Below are positions 26,017 to 40,140 of a stretch of 64,000 nt of DNA, in pieces (the stretch's first letter is position 1; every line of letters starts with the position of its first letter). This stretch comes from Takakia lepidozioides (lineage: Eukaryota > Plantae > Bryophyta). Both the position numbers and the translations under genes were made by a program. Location of the stretch: NCBI GenBank assembly GCA_030704615.1, contig CM060732.1:32736001-32800000 (forward strand), written 5' to 3'. The notes beneath the pieces were generated by a model. The model was not told the DNA's origin, did not search any database, and saw only the letters and a list, made by a program, of their open reading frames with translations.

Positions 26017-27196
26017 TCAATACGAATCTCTTGACCCTCTAATGCTTCCAAGTCCTTCAAACTGAAGGCAAAGCAATTCCTGTAAGCCCTCAGGAACCGC
26101 CGTATACGTCGTCTCTCTCCTCCGGTGACAATGGGTCCAATGTCAGGCTCCCAATTGTCCTCCGTAACTGCAACCTTAAGTCCAGTGGGCTTAGAGGTAG
26201 AGGACGCGTCCAGTGGTTGCTATGTTGCAACCTCTTGAGCAGTACTCCCTGCCTGCTCAGTCAATGACAAGGCCTCATCCTGCCCCATCATCTCATCCTC
26301 GAGGACTTCCTCAACCCGAGAAAAATCCCCAACCTCATCCATCACCGCCGCCCTGGCTGCCAACTCCTTTTGAACCTCGAGCACCTCCCACGTGTGCCAT
26401 GGATGCCTGCACCCCGTGGTCCTCACATACTCACCCCCACTTACTGCCTGTACCGTCTCGGTAGGTAGAGAGACCATCGAGGGAAGTGTACTCCGCATTC
26501 TACGTTGCTCAGCCATAGCCAAGCTGATAATCCAGGTCAAGCAATTGAGATCCATTGCTTGCCCCAACACCTGACGACGTGATGTCTCAGAAAGAGACGG
26601 CACCGCCGTGGTACCAGTGGTAAAACCCATTGCCCGCTCACGCTCGTCAGCATTAGGCTCCACTAACTGCTGCAACTGAGCATCCCACATGAGGCCAGGT
26701 CCACTATCCCCGAAAGCATGCGATCCTGGGAAGCTGAGCAGTGTAGGTAATGCTGCTCGTGGTTGACCCATCTTGTTGACCACTGCCAAAGACGAACGGT
26801 CATCGTGTCTCACACGCTGAGACTGCCTCCTTGTGTCCAAAATGCTATCCACTGTGAGGTGTGCTGGCCGGTGCACCCCATCAAATGCACGCTTTAGCAG
26901 TGCGGGTGGCATCAAGATAGTCCACCATAGCCGTGGACGATGAGCCCGTGACCCCACTGTAGCTGCATCTAGCAACACTGCTGACCCAAGCCACGACCGG
27001 ACTTGATGCACACTGGCCATCACCTTGGCCCGAGAATCGCCTATCAGTGGCACATTCTCCAAGATGTATGCTGGAGATACAACTTGATGAAACTGCAAGT
27101 GGCGCAAAACCCGCACCATCTCCCAAAACAGACCCAACCTCGAGTCTCGCAATTCATTGTCATGCCCGGCTGCTGAATGCCCTTGGCAAGGCCAAC
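26017..27196 (-). mobile_element. Internal fragment of a second copy of the DNMT-bearing Gypsy-like family
   Basis: Aligns with about 12450-13622. Keeps WPCQG, ENV and AHRPRLWW in an open frame to 26220. Confidence 0.92.
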
Positions 27197-28679
27197 ACCC
27201 ATATCGAGGAGATTTATAAAATAAAATTGACAGAATTCAAAAAATGTAGATGAGTCTTGTGGAAAAACAAAGAGATTAAATCCATGATGTAAAATTGATG
27301 ATATCAACGCCATTAATGAGGAAGCTGTCTATGTGTTTTATATATGAAGACTCAAAGCAAAGTTGAATAAATACGTGAAAAATAATAAAGTCAATCAATC
27401 AAACAATCAATAATAAGAAATTAACAAAAATAAATGCAAAACGGAGAGTCCTCGAAAGCACTGCGTATCATCCACGCCTATATGGTCTTTCATGTGTGTG
27501 CAACCTACGGGAATAGGGCCCTCTAACATAAGACCCCTAAACCAGATTGTGACTCATACACTAAACCAGGCCCACGGGCTCACGCCGTAGCGTCGCTGCC
27601 AAATGAAGGCAGGGAAGAATCAATTCAAACATGTCTCGCCACATAACTTGGCAAATCACTGGGCGTGTGAATGAAACCTTATTATAACGCCAGTAGTAGC
27701 GGGAATTTGGTAGCTTGATCCTATTGACAGACCCCAATCAAACTACATAACAAGGTTCGTGCAGGCTGGAACAGGCAAGAACAATGTAGCAAAACAATTT
27801 TCCTGAAGAACATTCATCCACTAAAGATAGTAAATTTTCCATATTTTCGGGACGGTTCCAAGTGCTGGATGAAGAGTCTTGCAATCTCGTTATATTCGTG
27901 CTGATAAAACTCTGGTGCATATGCAGATCTGCTGGTCTTACACGGAAACTGGGTTGTGCCCCTATGGCAAGCGGTGCAGGTTTACACACAAATATGATAT
28001 ATATATATATATATATATATGAATTTTGAAGAACAGACAGCCTCGAGATCGCTTCGGTTTTTATTAATATCTTTTCTGGATAAAACTCAAGAAAAAAAAT
28101 TAAGGAAGTGTGGCTTTATATGGGGAGGTAGATGCAGTGATTTCATTCATCTCTAAATATGGATTGAATACATCTACACTTGTGTTCAACTAACTTGTTC
28201 CGAAAATTGGTTCCGTGAATAAGTGACAACTCTCGAGAATCCTTTGTAATCTCGCTGCCCAGTAAAATTAAGGAAAGGAGACAGTGCCCCTGGAGACTTT
28301 CTTTGGACTTTTTAGTGTTTCTTTAAAGGAAATGATGTTTTTTTCGGTTTAAGAACTTACTTGCCTCTGGGCTCCATCCCTTCCCCCACAACCCCCCCCC
28401 AATAAAAAGAAGCCCCAGAAACTTCATTTGCGAATCTTCGGGAAGAAAATGTTTGGGCCTTTGCGCCTTCGACCTTTCTTTCGTTAGGGCTTTTGCGCTC
28501 TGTTTTTCAACTGTTTCCCTTTTTTGGGAGCCTTCTTCGCCTTTCACTGATTACGGTTTGTGTGCCTTATGGTGGGCTTGGGGGTTTTTAAAACTTTCCC
28601 CCAATAATTCCAAATAAAGTGGGCTCTCAGGTGCCCGGTTTTCAAAAAAGGAAAAAAGGATAAAAAGGAAAAAAAAGGT

Positions 28680-28859
28680 TTTGTTTTTGTCTTTGTTTTT
28701 GTTTGTTTTTTGTTTGTGTTTTTTTTTGGAAAGGAAACCCCTGGGAGCGACTGCTCACAATTCAGGCCCTTGAGGAGGGGGAAAATCAACCCCCTTTCAG
28801 ATAAGCCATTAGGCACACAGGTGGGAAACACCACCACCAGACCAACCGGTCACGAACGA
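28680..28859 (-). mobile_element. 5'-truncated SINE copy (family of 57388-57621) with A-rich tail
   Basis: 28731-28859 is the near-exact reverse complement of about 57478-57603. A T-rich tract lies on the left. Confidence 0.85.
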
Positions 28860-29564
28860 GGTTGTTTTTTTTGTTTTTTTTTTTTTGTTTTTTGGTTAAG
28901 ACTTAAACATAAAGTTACTGAAATATTCCTCTGGGCCACTGTCCCCTGTTCAAAAAAAAAAAAAACTTCCCCACAAAAAAACAAAGAAACAAAAAAACAA
29001 GTCGCCCCCACAAAACAAAAGTTGCTTCCCCCTTTTTTTTAATAAAGTTTTCCAGGGCCATTGGCACTGTCAATGTTCGAAAAAAAAAAGAAAAAAAAAG
29101 GGGTTGCCCAGGTGAAAAGTAAATAAGTAAAAAGTCGTCGTCGTCGTCGTGGTGTGAGGGAGGGGACAAGTGGGAGGGGGTGCACTGCACTGTGCAGGCG
29201 TGGAAGGTCGTTTTGTAGGTAGCGATTCTTTGCTGCAGGCCCGCATTCAATCCCGGGCCTGTTTGGAGCTGCTTGCACAACTGTTTGCTACGGTGTGAGG
29301 TGACAAAGATCGCGCAGGCAAGAAGGTCACACTCTACTCTTCTTCGGGCCGTCATGGATCATACTGCTGCTCTCTCTTTATTCCCCATAATGAATTGTGG
29401 ATGACCTCAATTGCCTTGCTCAGTCGAGCTGTGAATGCACGCCGGAGGTGGCCTGGACATGAGTGCAATTGAAAATTCGCTGAGAAGGGCATGGTGAAGA
29501 AATTGGGGGTAGGGTCGGAAGCTGGTTGGGTACGCACGACTGTCTGGCGGGGGATCGGATCATC

Positions 29565-32500
29565 ATGCCGACGTTGCAAGTACTGCTCTTGCTGATCCTC
29601 GGTCAGTCTCCCCTCTACTCCAGAGTACACTTCCATTTTGATTTCTTCTACATTGTGGCATCTGTAAACTGCAGAAATTTTTGTGACTTGAGTAGAGAGA
29701 GTGTAACTAACCGGGGGCTAGAAACAGTGGGATTGGCAGGGGCTGTGCAGGCAGCAGCAATAAACTATGACTATCAACTATGTGAGGCAATAGTCAAGAC
29801 ATGGGCCGACGAAGAGACGATAGCTGTGGAGAAAGAGTTGAAGCTAAAGTCTTATGACAGATTGAATCTTCGGGATCTACTTTTTTTCTTACATATACCT
29901 AGAACAGGTGGCCGGACTTATCATCAGTGGTAGGCGTCCTTCTCGATTCTTGTCAAATTCCAGCAGAATCTGCCCAAATGGCTTTGGAAATAGACCATGG
30001 AACATTCTTATGCAGCAGTTGATCAATGGCATTGATGGGATGAGTATATAGAAGTGGTCAAGTAGTTCAACTAAGCGGAGTCGTGGCTCCCACGGAACCA
30101 ACAACACATTCTTTTGAGAGGCCTGGTTTCATAGAGGTTCTTCAAGACTTGTGCATTGTGATTTTGGTCAACACAGGGTAGCAGAGTCATAAGTTCAAGG
30201 CGCCCTAGTTTCAGCTCTGTTATTATGTTAAACTTGTCTCCCCGGGTTGTGGTTTGGCTAACATATCGGCCCTTTTTGGGCTTATGCTTGGCAGCTTCCT
30301 TAAAAATCTGTTTCGTTTTGAAGACAGCTGTCCACGCTCATATGATATGCTGCGTCTTGATACAAGGTTGGTGTTTCTCATGGTGTTGTTTCCACTCTGT
30401 CCACTTCAATTCAGATGTTTGTTAGCAAATTCTCGCTCACCATGTGGAGTCAGCACACTCTTAGATGAAGACAGAAGGAGATCGCCTTTTCAGATTTCTA
30501 CCTCGGTCGGAAACTGGGAAGGAGGAAGAGCAGTCAGATTACCAGACTTAATGATGTGATAGGATGGATGGCATACTGCTGGGAATGCACAATCCTCTTT
30601 CAAGTTTCTGACATAGGACTCTGAAGTCTTAATACTGCTCGATTCCAAGGACGATGGCCCGGTTGCCTTTTCCAATTCCCCATGGGAAACCCAGTGAGAC
30701 AACATTCTGCATTCAAATAAAGTGTTGGATGCCAAGACCCTCTGTGCATTGATACTTGGACTAAGAGTGGAGATGTTTGTGTATCCGTACCACTGCAAAC
30801 CTTGAATATGCATGCACTTCACATTTCAGAACTCCTTTTCAGGAGACCCATGGTCATATTAGTGATGTGATTTTACGAATGGTAACAAGACAAAGGAGAC
30901 TGAGCGGACAGAAATGACGGAAAGAAGCTAGGGATGTGATGAGGGTGCAGCCGACCGAGCTGCAGAATTCTGGCAACACATGACGACTATAGCATCTTGA
31001 GCAAGCTGCCTGAGCGCAGCACATCAGTGGTGACCAACGTACGTCAGCCACTGGATCGGGTGCTAAGTACTTATGAGTTTTCACTGGAAGTGGCAGCACG
31101 CTTTTTGCGGACTTCTAAAGCTCCCGTAGCACGCAAACCAAAGCTGTCTAGCAATCGGTCTATGAGCACACTTGACATATGGCCCTGGGAGTATCTGATT
31201 CCTATGGTTAGGGAGGACTTATTTGATCGAGTAACCCCTCAACCCCACTCCTTTTTCTCAGTTGTGAGGGTGTATACTTTGATGTTAGCAGGAAAACAGT
31301 TGGTCCTCAACATAGGCATGCCACGAGTTGTCAGCATAGCTGTAGATGGCTGGAGCAGCTTCTGATGTCAGGTCTGCGGTTGGCAGCGTGATGAAAGGCT
31401 GGCAGGGCATTTTGGTGGGATAGCATCCTCCCCCAATGGAAGCTACGATGCAGCAACCATTGTCATGCCCCTTGCAGAGTACGTGCGTCACCCCATGGTT
31501 CTGGATCTTGTTCACAATGGTGCCACATTTCAGGTATTTTGAGCTTCATATCTTCCCCCTCAAAATGGGGCTTACTTAGCATGGCCACATATGGCAATAA
31601 TTGTGTACTTTGCTCTGCTTCTGCTGTTAACCGCGTCATTTGGCCTTGCGACATTATGAATCACATGTACTGAATCATGTGGCTGCCCATCCTTGGACTG
31701 ACAGCAAGCACCGTCAGCATGGGTTTTGTGCAAAGATTGCACAAGACAGACAAAGTGGTCTCTCTTTTTCAGAAAGACATGGTTGGTGGTCACAGAGGGA
31801 AGGATGTCAAAGGGATGAATGGATGGTCTTGGTGCAAAAGACACAACTAAAAAGGAAGGGGCTGCCATTGGAGCTGCAGCTTGCTTGAATAATTATTCTG
31901 GGTGGTAGTTTAGGTGATGTGTAATGCACCATAGCAAAGACTCTTCGTGATTGAGGACCCAGCGTTTGCATGTGCGGAGAGTTAAAGCTTTTGAAAACCA
32001 GAGATGCATGAATGGATGGGACAGGTGGCAGGGCTTACCAACAATTCATGTACAAAAAATGCAGAACTGGTTCGGAAGTGTGCTACTCGTTACCTTGAGC
32101 TTGGCAAGCTTGTGTTGAAGGTGTCCAAGGTGGGTGCTATCCTTGTGTGAAAAAGACACGCACATCTACCTTTGGTTATTAGGTGACTGACTCATGCACT
32201 ATTGAGGCATGCATCTGTCACTTGTTCCTGCAGGCCCCCAGCCTCTGACCTTGCCTGGGAGTCTTGCAGGGCTGGTAGACATCTGTATGAAAGTAAGGTT
32301 GGCTTGTCTCTGAAGGAGTGGTATATATTCTGCAAGTTTAGGTGATGCTGGCTGAAGGACAAGAAGGGCACAGGCGCAGTGCATGTCTGAGGTGGGTGGA
32401 GAGGAGGGGAGGGTGCAGATGAGGTTGGATGCCATGTTACATGTAGGATTGACAGACGAGCACCGGAGATCTGTCACCATGTTTGCCACTGTCTTAGGCA

Positions 32501-35387
32501 GCCGTGTGTCATTGCCACGGGAATTTGTGGATCTCCAGTCTAGGCTGCAGAACTCTCACCATCCTAATACTTCTTTGCTCACCAGAGCAGGTCAGTTTAT
32601 CTGCACTGCCTTGCCATGCTTCACTGATCTCCTGACTGCTGGTTCAGTTGGATGCTAGTGGGATGATGTGACACTGGTGGTATGTGTCACTGCTGTCATA
32701 ACTTGTTGACATTAAGGTCCAATGTTAATGAACATACTATAACTGTGAGTCTGCAAAGCGCTAATGCTGAAAGTGATCAGCACCTTGAAGTTCATAGGCT
32801 GCTGTTCTTACATGGTTCATGAATAGCAGGCTGCTGATGGACAACCAAGCATCCTCATTTACCTCCTCCGTTTTGCCTCTCCAATTACATGGTCGAGGCA
32901 CTCAAAAAAGTAGTCATTGAGCAAGCAGATGTTTCTTTGTGGCGGTCCATGTAACTCTGATGGGCTTCATCGTTGTGACAGCTTGGTTTGGGCCCTGTTC
33001 CTCTTTTGTGGGTTGTGTTTACCTCCACATGAGGTGTGATGTTCCTGAATCGAACAGGAGCACGAGGCAATCTATTCACTTCTGTTCAACTGGGAAGGTC
33101 ACTGCTTGAGAGATGTAAAAGCAGGTTGTTATTCTTTAGTAGCACCTTTCCGGTTGCCAAATGCCTACTTTACAGTGCCCTACCTTGGCCTCATTCCTGT
33201 GTGCGACACGGAATCGTGACATAGAGCATGCAAGCAATAGAGTTTGGTTTGTATACTCAGCCAACCCTGTTGGGTGGGTGGAGTTTGACTTCGACACTTG
33301 GAATTTGAAGGTCGCTGTTTGTACTTAAAGTGGAGCCTGGTATCATTTATTGTCGGGTTGTGTTCCAACATGCAGGAATCAAACAAATGAAAGTGCAGGA
33401 ACTCAACAACAGTACAGGAATAGAGCAACAGCATCAGGTGCCCAATATACCTTGTTGTGGCCTCATTGCAAGGTTCTTCTGACTTCATCCTTAGGGATAC
33501 TCTTTTACCAGTTTTGGCTTTTCCAGGGAGCCCTAGCCCTCCTATCATCCCAACCATTCATATAGGATTGGCAATTATCATGCAAAGCAGCAGGAAGCAA
33601 TATAAAGGGGTTTCAAGAAATATTTAAAGTTGGAGTACTTTTTTCCGCAAATGATCTCATATGTTTGCTGATTACATCAGCAGGGGTTCTAGTGTAACTT
33701 TGATTTTCATACACTCATATGTTATGCATGTCATGGTCAATGCTGAGCTGGCAGGGCAAGGGGCAATGCAGGAGGAGGATCCTGAGCTGACAGAGCAAGG
33801 GACAATGCAGGAGGAGGATCCAGTACAGTTGCTTCTGAGAGCTTATGACGTGTGCGTCAAGGGTCTCCGTGCGGGCTATGCAAAACGTCGTAGTCTTGCT
33901 CTTCAGCTCATTGCTCCGGTGAATTTTTCTCAGGAGGTTGTTAACCAATATATATGGAGACATGTAGGGAACACTGCTGTTTGTGAGGCATTATATCAAA
34001 CACATGTACCCAGTTTTAATTCGATTCTTGGCTTGCATATGTTATCTTATGTAGTTGCTGACCATTCCCGTCACAGTTCCGATATGATTGTCAGTACTTC
34101 TTGCTGATTACCTTGGATTGTTCGTATGGAGATATCTCTATCCTTGTAAGGATTTATTCCGACATGATTGTCCTCCCCCTTCCCTGTATCCCCTCAATGC
34201 ACCACCATCTTGTGCACAATAGTAGAATGTCCTTTTGTTTAATGGATTTCATGAAAAATTCATGGTTTCTTGCCATGACTTTGTAGAAAGTGCTTTGATG
34301 TCATGGTGTGCTCCGAGACTTGATGCACAGTGATCCTCAATTTCCTTTCATGCTAAGTCACTGTGGATCTTTGATACCTGGAATGGAATTGCATTTTGCT
34401 GGTGCTTATGGGTGGCCAGGAGCGGAAACAAATACCGAAGGCAGTGGTGGATGAAATCCTGGCATTGAACAGATTGGACATGGAGCTGTATGCGCATGCG
34501 CAAAAGCTCTTTGTCAAGCAAGAGCGGCTTGTGCTCTCTGTCACCCAACCCCAGGTTTGATACACTTTCCATGGCTGCCACTTTCTTATCCTTGTGTGAT
34601 CTTCCATTTTTCTCAGTCGGGGTATCTTCCTGCATACCAGAGGGATCTAGTATGGCTTAGAGATTTAGACAAACCATCCTAAAAAGTAATAATAATGACT
34701 CCTGCCGAAGCAAGTGCAAATTATGGTGTCACTTCACCCTGGAAAGGGCTACGTTTTTAACACATTTTTAACAAATGGGTTGACATCCGAAGGTGGACAA
34801 GGTGCCCTTACATGAGCACTTGACCCAGTGACCCCCACTTTTTAACAGATGGGTTGGCTGTCATGCGTGAAGCCCAACATATATCTGTGTGACTTTGAAC
34901 CCACGACCACTTGGTAGGCCGTAACCTTTGGGCTGTTTGAACCACCCTACACCAATTGAGTGTAAGAATGCTAGGTCATCTACAGCTTAATGTTCATGGA
35001 TCACAAAATCAGATTTTTTCATGATTTGGCACAACATGATCGACAAGTTTTCTCATAATTATCTGAAGATGATCTTAACCCTTGTTGTGATGGCACCAAT
35101 AGAGCACCCCTTCACCTTGGGTGTTTTTCTTTTCTTTATACACACATAGAGATGACATGTGATAAACCATGTCTTCCGTAAAACTTTTGACAAGCTAGCA
35201 TGTGCGGGTGCAGGCCGAACATGTATTTGGAGTTTTGGATTTGATGAAAATTACAATTGGTATTTCCGTGTTAACGCTTGTCCTCGGACTAGCCGGTGTA
35301 GTAAGGTTAAGTGCTAGAATAGGAAACGAGTGGACCCCACATTGGCGCAGACGATTGTTATTGATGCAAGGGCACGAGAAGTTGTAG
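29565..35387 (+). CDS. TPST: Tyrosylprotein sulfotransferase (multi-exon)
   Basis: Signal peptide exon 29565-29601. Exons 29740-29929 (LLFFLHIPRTGGRTY), 30295-30366 (CPRSYD), 30951-31230 (ATHDDYS...STYEFSLEVAARFL...STLDIWPW), about 31424-31533 (LVHNGATFQ), 32025-32129, 32419-32590, about 33755-33936, about 34420-34554 (LNRLDMELY) and a terminal TM exon about 35214-35387. Small internal exons are uncertain. Confidence 0.9.
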
Positions 35388-35939
35388 GCTAATTCAGGAT
35401 TTATGCTTGAATTCATTTGTTCTCATTGATTGAAGTTTGGTTGTCTCAACCAATTACTTGCTTGTGTTCGGCTGCTCTGAAAGTGTAGATTTCATTCTCC
35501 CAAAGAGGGAGTGAGGAAAGCAAGTGAACTTGCACTAGGCTAATTACCAGTGACCTGATCTTCCCCCAAACTGAAAGTTTTCAGTAGTGGCAAATGTTTG
35601 ATTCATGAAATGAAGATGGCAGATAGCAACGAATGCCAAAGTTGATTGTCAAGTGATCTCTGTCCATCTCCACTACACAATGTTTTGACATGTTCCAAAC
35701 ACACGAAAATGTTCAACAATTGTTACTTGGCGTGAACTCTAGAAACTTTCTCTTACTTGCTGGCCTGTGAAAGGGAGGGAGCATCACGGCATCAAACTTT
35801 CACTCTTTTGTATAAACTATTATTGCCAACCCAAATGATCAACCACTTCGTTCACCTTGTCCAAAATGGCTACATGCAGAGAGAACACATGTAAAGGTGA
35901 TATTCTCTAGCTTTGAGCCTTTCTTTGCATCTCTTCCAG

Positions 35940-36070
35940 GATCCCCTAGGACCATGATATCCTGCGATCATCGCATTCCAGGTCATGACATTTGGTTTAG
36001 CCATGTTTTAAATGGTGCAATTCCAGCTTTCCTGATCTCAGTATAGACATGGTTGCCATTTTCGAAAGCT
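35940..36070 (-). pseudogene. Short PPR remnant
   Basis: MAKPNVMTWNAMIAGY motif and AGIA fragment. Confidence 0.55.
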
Positions 36071-36969
36071 TGTGTGACAAACATGTAGTTCAGTGTTCAG
36101 TGTGCAACTGCTGGTGTACTGTGTTCAGTGTCCTGGTGTTCAACTACAGTCAGGTAGTTCAGGTGGGCCTCAGACTTTCACCTCAAATTTTACGAACGAG
36201 CCTCAGAGATGCTACTCGAGCTTGACACATCAATGGGCACCCAAGGGGATGAGAGTCTCTCCCAAAAACTCAGCAGCTTCGCGATTCCTGAAGCAGATTC
36301 AAGCATATTGGACCTACATCACTCTCTCTATGGCAACCCCAGCCTGCACTTCCACGTCAACCCCGGCGGATAGCTCGCACTCAATTGCAGCAACAGTTTC
36401 TCAATTTGTTGACCCTTCCTTATCCGATGCCCAGCTTCTAGCTTCGGTCCCTCTCGGCCAAACGGACCCATTTCATCAACAATACATAATGGCACGGTAC
36501 CCAACGGGGCCTTGGGGGAACTACAACAAATGTAGCAGCACGCCGAAGCCCTTCAGTAGCGGGAGAGAGTGTGCCTGTTGTAAAGAATCTGAATAGATCG
36601 GCAATGTGGGTCGACCAACTCTTCATCTTTCTCAGGCCCATCCAGGGAATGCGCTTAGCACCTTCCTTATGACTGGGAAGTCAAAGAATCGCCAGAAGCA
36701 AGCAGTGAAGTTGTGTACCTTTCAATCCCGCTACTGCAATTCCGCTACTCTAAATTCTCACATGCGCTTCTCCCAGAGAGAAAAGGAAGAAAAGGCAAGC
36801 TTCCTCTTTCAGGTGGGCGTGCCAAACAATTTGTTGGGGAATTTATAAACGCTCCATAGTTACGTGCAATCTGTGATGGCCTATGCTAAGACAAGCTTGA
36901 CTTGAGCACGTCAGTTAGCACTTGCATCGCAAAAGGCATGCACTGATAAATCGTGCGATGCTGTGGCAG

Positions 36970-37550
36970 GTTCCTTGGTGCGGCTGCGGGTAACGAACTC
37001 ACTATTTGGTAGGGAATCAGATGGATGGCCAGTATCTTCGGCTGAAAAGACGCTGAGGTCAGCGCTCGACATGTTAGACACGGTCTGGTTGCAAGAAGGC
37101 CACCAATTTTTGGTCACTGGAGATCAACCATCCATTGCGGACCTCAGCCTTGCTTGTCAGGTGGAGCAGCTGCAGGTACTAATGTGTGTACATATATTCA
37201 GCTTGTAAACGCGAATTCTTGAAAGTTTAGACTGGAAATGCGTCACGTAACTTCCAGTATGGCATTGGTCAAGCTAATACGAACTCCTCGGTTAGACTAT
37301 GACAACCACTATTCATTCTGCTATATTTCCTGAGGACCCTGAACTAGTGATGGGAATTTGTTGGGCAGATGCTGGAGAAGAAGGAGGAGGCAGCTTTTGC
37401 TTGCCTCCAAAGGAAAGACTGCGGCATGCTGCAGTGAAGAATTCTACGCAGCCACGCTTTGAAGAGGCGCATGAGGCCCTCTACCAGAGATGCTTGGAGG
37501 AACGGGTTGAGATTGAGCGCAAAGAAAGAGCTGTTGGAGTTGAAGCATAA
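36970..37550 (+). pseudogene. Glutathione S-transferase theta C-terminal part, frameshifted
   Basis: AEKTLRSALDMLDTVWL...FL.TGDQPSIADLSLAC..EQLQ and PRFEEAHEALY match plant GSTT. The last exon shifts frame. No intact N-terminal domain seen. Confidence 0.75.
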
Positions 37551-39719
37551 GAGGGAAGTTCTGGTCAAGTAAAAATTATGCTAGTTCTAAGGTTTTTGGA
37601 TTCACTGTAGCCACTCTATCACATTCTGAGTGATGTGTTGGCATTTTGTCATTATTGATACTTAATGATCATGGTTACCTTACCTACATCGTTATCTACA
37701 TTGTATCAGCAATTTTAATATATCATTTCGAGAAGCAACCTCAATGCAATTGCACATCTTGCATGACCTCCAAAGTCCAAAGAGCAGCCCCACTGTAAAA
37801 TTTATATATAGAGAGAGTGACTTGTAAATGATAATGAAGAAGATCCTATAATAGGTAGTGAGCCTTTCTTCACTTTAAGACATGTGAATAGTTACGACTA
37901 TTGATACATCCTCATGGAGACAAAGCAAGAATTCAAAAATATAGCATGACCGGCCACATTTTTGCCCTACACCTATTACAGCTCTTCTGTTGGCAAGAAG
38001 TGGAGAATAAAGCTATTCGTCAATGACCTCTATCATGGGGTTGGTGACCGGTGATGGATATGTGGGCTTCTTCACTCCGAAAGCGTCGCAAGGTGGTTGC
38101 AATGAAGAATAGACCAAAAAGTTGAAGATGTGCCCTACATAAAAATACATAAGATTAAAAAATCGTGAAAAATAGCCAAAAAAAAATTGGATTCACTTGC
38201 AATATATCATGTGGAACGTCGATTGTTAGGATATTGTCATTTCAAATGGGAAAAATGAAGATGTAACTATGGAGGATATATGGAGCAATGTGCCGTCGGT
38301 AACGTAATCCAAACTTGATCATAATCCCAAAAGTACATGGTTTTGAGAATTTGACCTTGGCTTCATTTACAATAATTGGTTGTATCTAATGGGACAGTCG
38401 TAGGCTAGAGTGTCTCATTTTTGGGCAGATAGTGAAGTCTATGTATTTTTTTTTTGGGAGCATATTTTTCAGTTTGATTCTTATACAAATAGACAATAGT
38501 ATACATAACATCTTTAATAAAGGGTTTAACCCCAAACATTATAGATGTTATTTATTAGAAATTTTGATCTTTAATCGGAAAAAAAATTAGAAGGCAAATC
38601 CTAGAATGTATGACCATTTGTCTATATACCACCTGGCCATCCTAGATTATATGTTTGTATATTTATTAGTAAAAGATGATATCCCACTTGTTTTTTTGGT
38701 GTGTAAGAAAATCCATACTCCATAGCTTTGTAAAAATCTGAACTACTTTCATCTATTGAAAGATTGCACAATTTCTATACATGGCTTTTTGTCCTTATCA
38801 CAATTGGTTAAAATTTAGATATGTTTTTTTAGAGTCCATAGCATAAAAAATTGTGCCGATAACAAAGCAGTGTTTTGAGATACAAAAGTCCATAACATTC
38901 TTAAATAGTTCATCCAATTTGCGAAAAAATTGTTAAAATTTTATAGGTCTTGTAGGTGGTATACATGAACCAATGTCTCTTATAATAAAGATGAACTATA
39001 GTGAACAAAGAAAAAGATAATATGCCCAATGACGTCCAAACTAAGCTTGCAACTGCCTATGAGCACAGTTCATGGAGTATTTTGGTTTTCATATTGTAAA
39101 GGATTTTATGAAAATGATATTATGGGTAGATTGATGAAGTATATAACATTTAGTTATATATATATATATATTGGTACTCTCACACTAGATTCTTTATCAT
39201 AAGAGCAAGGGAGGGCCAAGTCCCTTATTCCAATTATGTTACAAAATCTAGCGAATAAGGAGTCCATAACAAGTTTTGTATGGACTATAACAAAGCTTAT
39301 GGACTTTTCATCACTTCTAGGGATAACAACGGCAAATCTTGGAAGGTAGATATTACATATAGATAGGTGCAATGTTATGAGTCCATTTTCACAAACTCTT
39401 GCAAGATTATTTGGGAGTTGGGTAAGTACCTATGGTGAACGGTTAGCGTCAACCTACGGTGTTCAATATCATGGTGAAGAGGGCATATGACGAGGTTCTT
39501 GATACTCATTGAACTCAAATCTGGTGACTATGTTGTGACGGTGGCGGATAGGTGGCGGATATATGGGCCATGTACAGTAATAATACATAATCTCTTATGC
39601 ACTTTCAAGTAAGTCTAGGTACTCGAGAGTTTATGTCTATACGTGGGATTCCGTATAGTGATGAACATGGCATATTATGAGGTTCTTGATACCCTATCCA
39701 AAAAATCCCCCTCTAATTC

Positions 39720-40140
39720 TAGCATCTCATTACAAAAGTTAAGGATTTAAGAGATGGCAAGATTTATGCGAAGAAGTCGTCTTCATTTATAGACATTTGT
39801 GGGGGTGAGTTGAATGGTAAAGATGTTTTGCACGAGATTATTATCTTGCAAATTGTTAGAGACATTCCTCACTTTAACAAATGCATTGAGGTTTTGTGTA
39901 ATGAAGTCAACATCTCATTAGTTCTTGAGTTTTGCAGACTAGGAAACTTAAAGAACCTGGACTACATAAAGAGAGCTATTTGAAGATCCTTTGCAAGCAA
40001 ATGACAATTGTTTTGGTGTCTTTGAAAATTCGAGGGACAGTCCACATCTACATAAATCCAAATAACATATTTCTCAAAAACTTCACCAATAACTCCATCG
40101 ATGTTGTGCTCGGAGATTTTGGGTTTTCTTTGTCTTAGAG
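39720..40140 (+). pseudogene. Highly degenerate Ser/Thr protein kinase fragment in a TE-rich region
   Basis: GKIYAKK, LVLEFC, VHIYINPNNIFL and VLGDFGFS resemble kinase subdomains II, V, VIb and VII. Confidence 0.5.
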
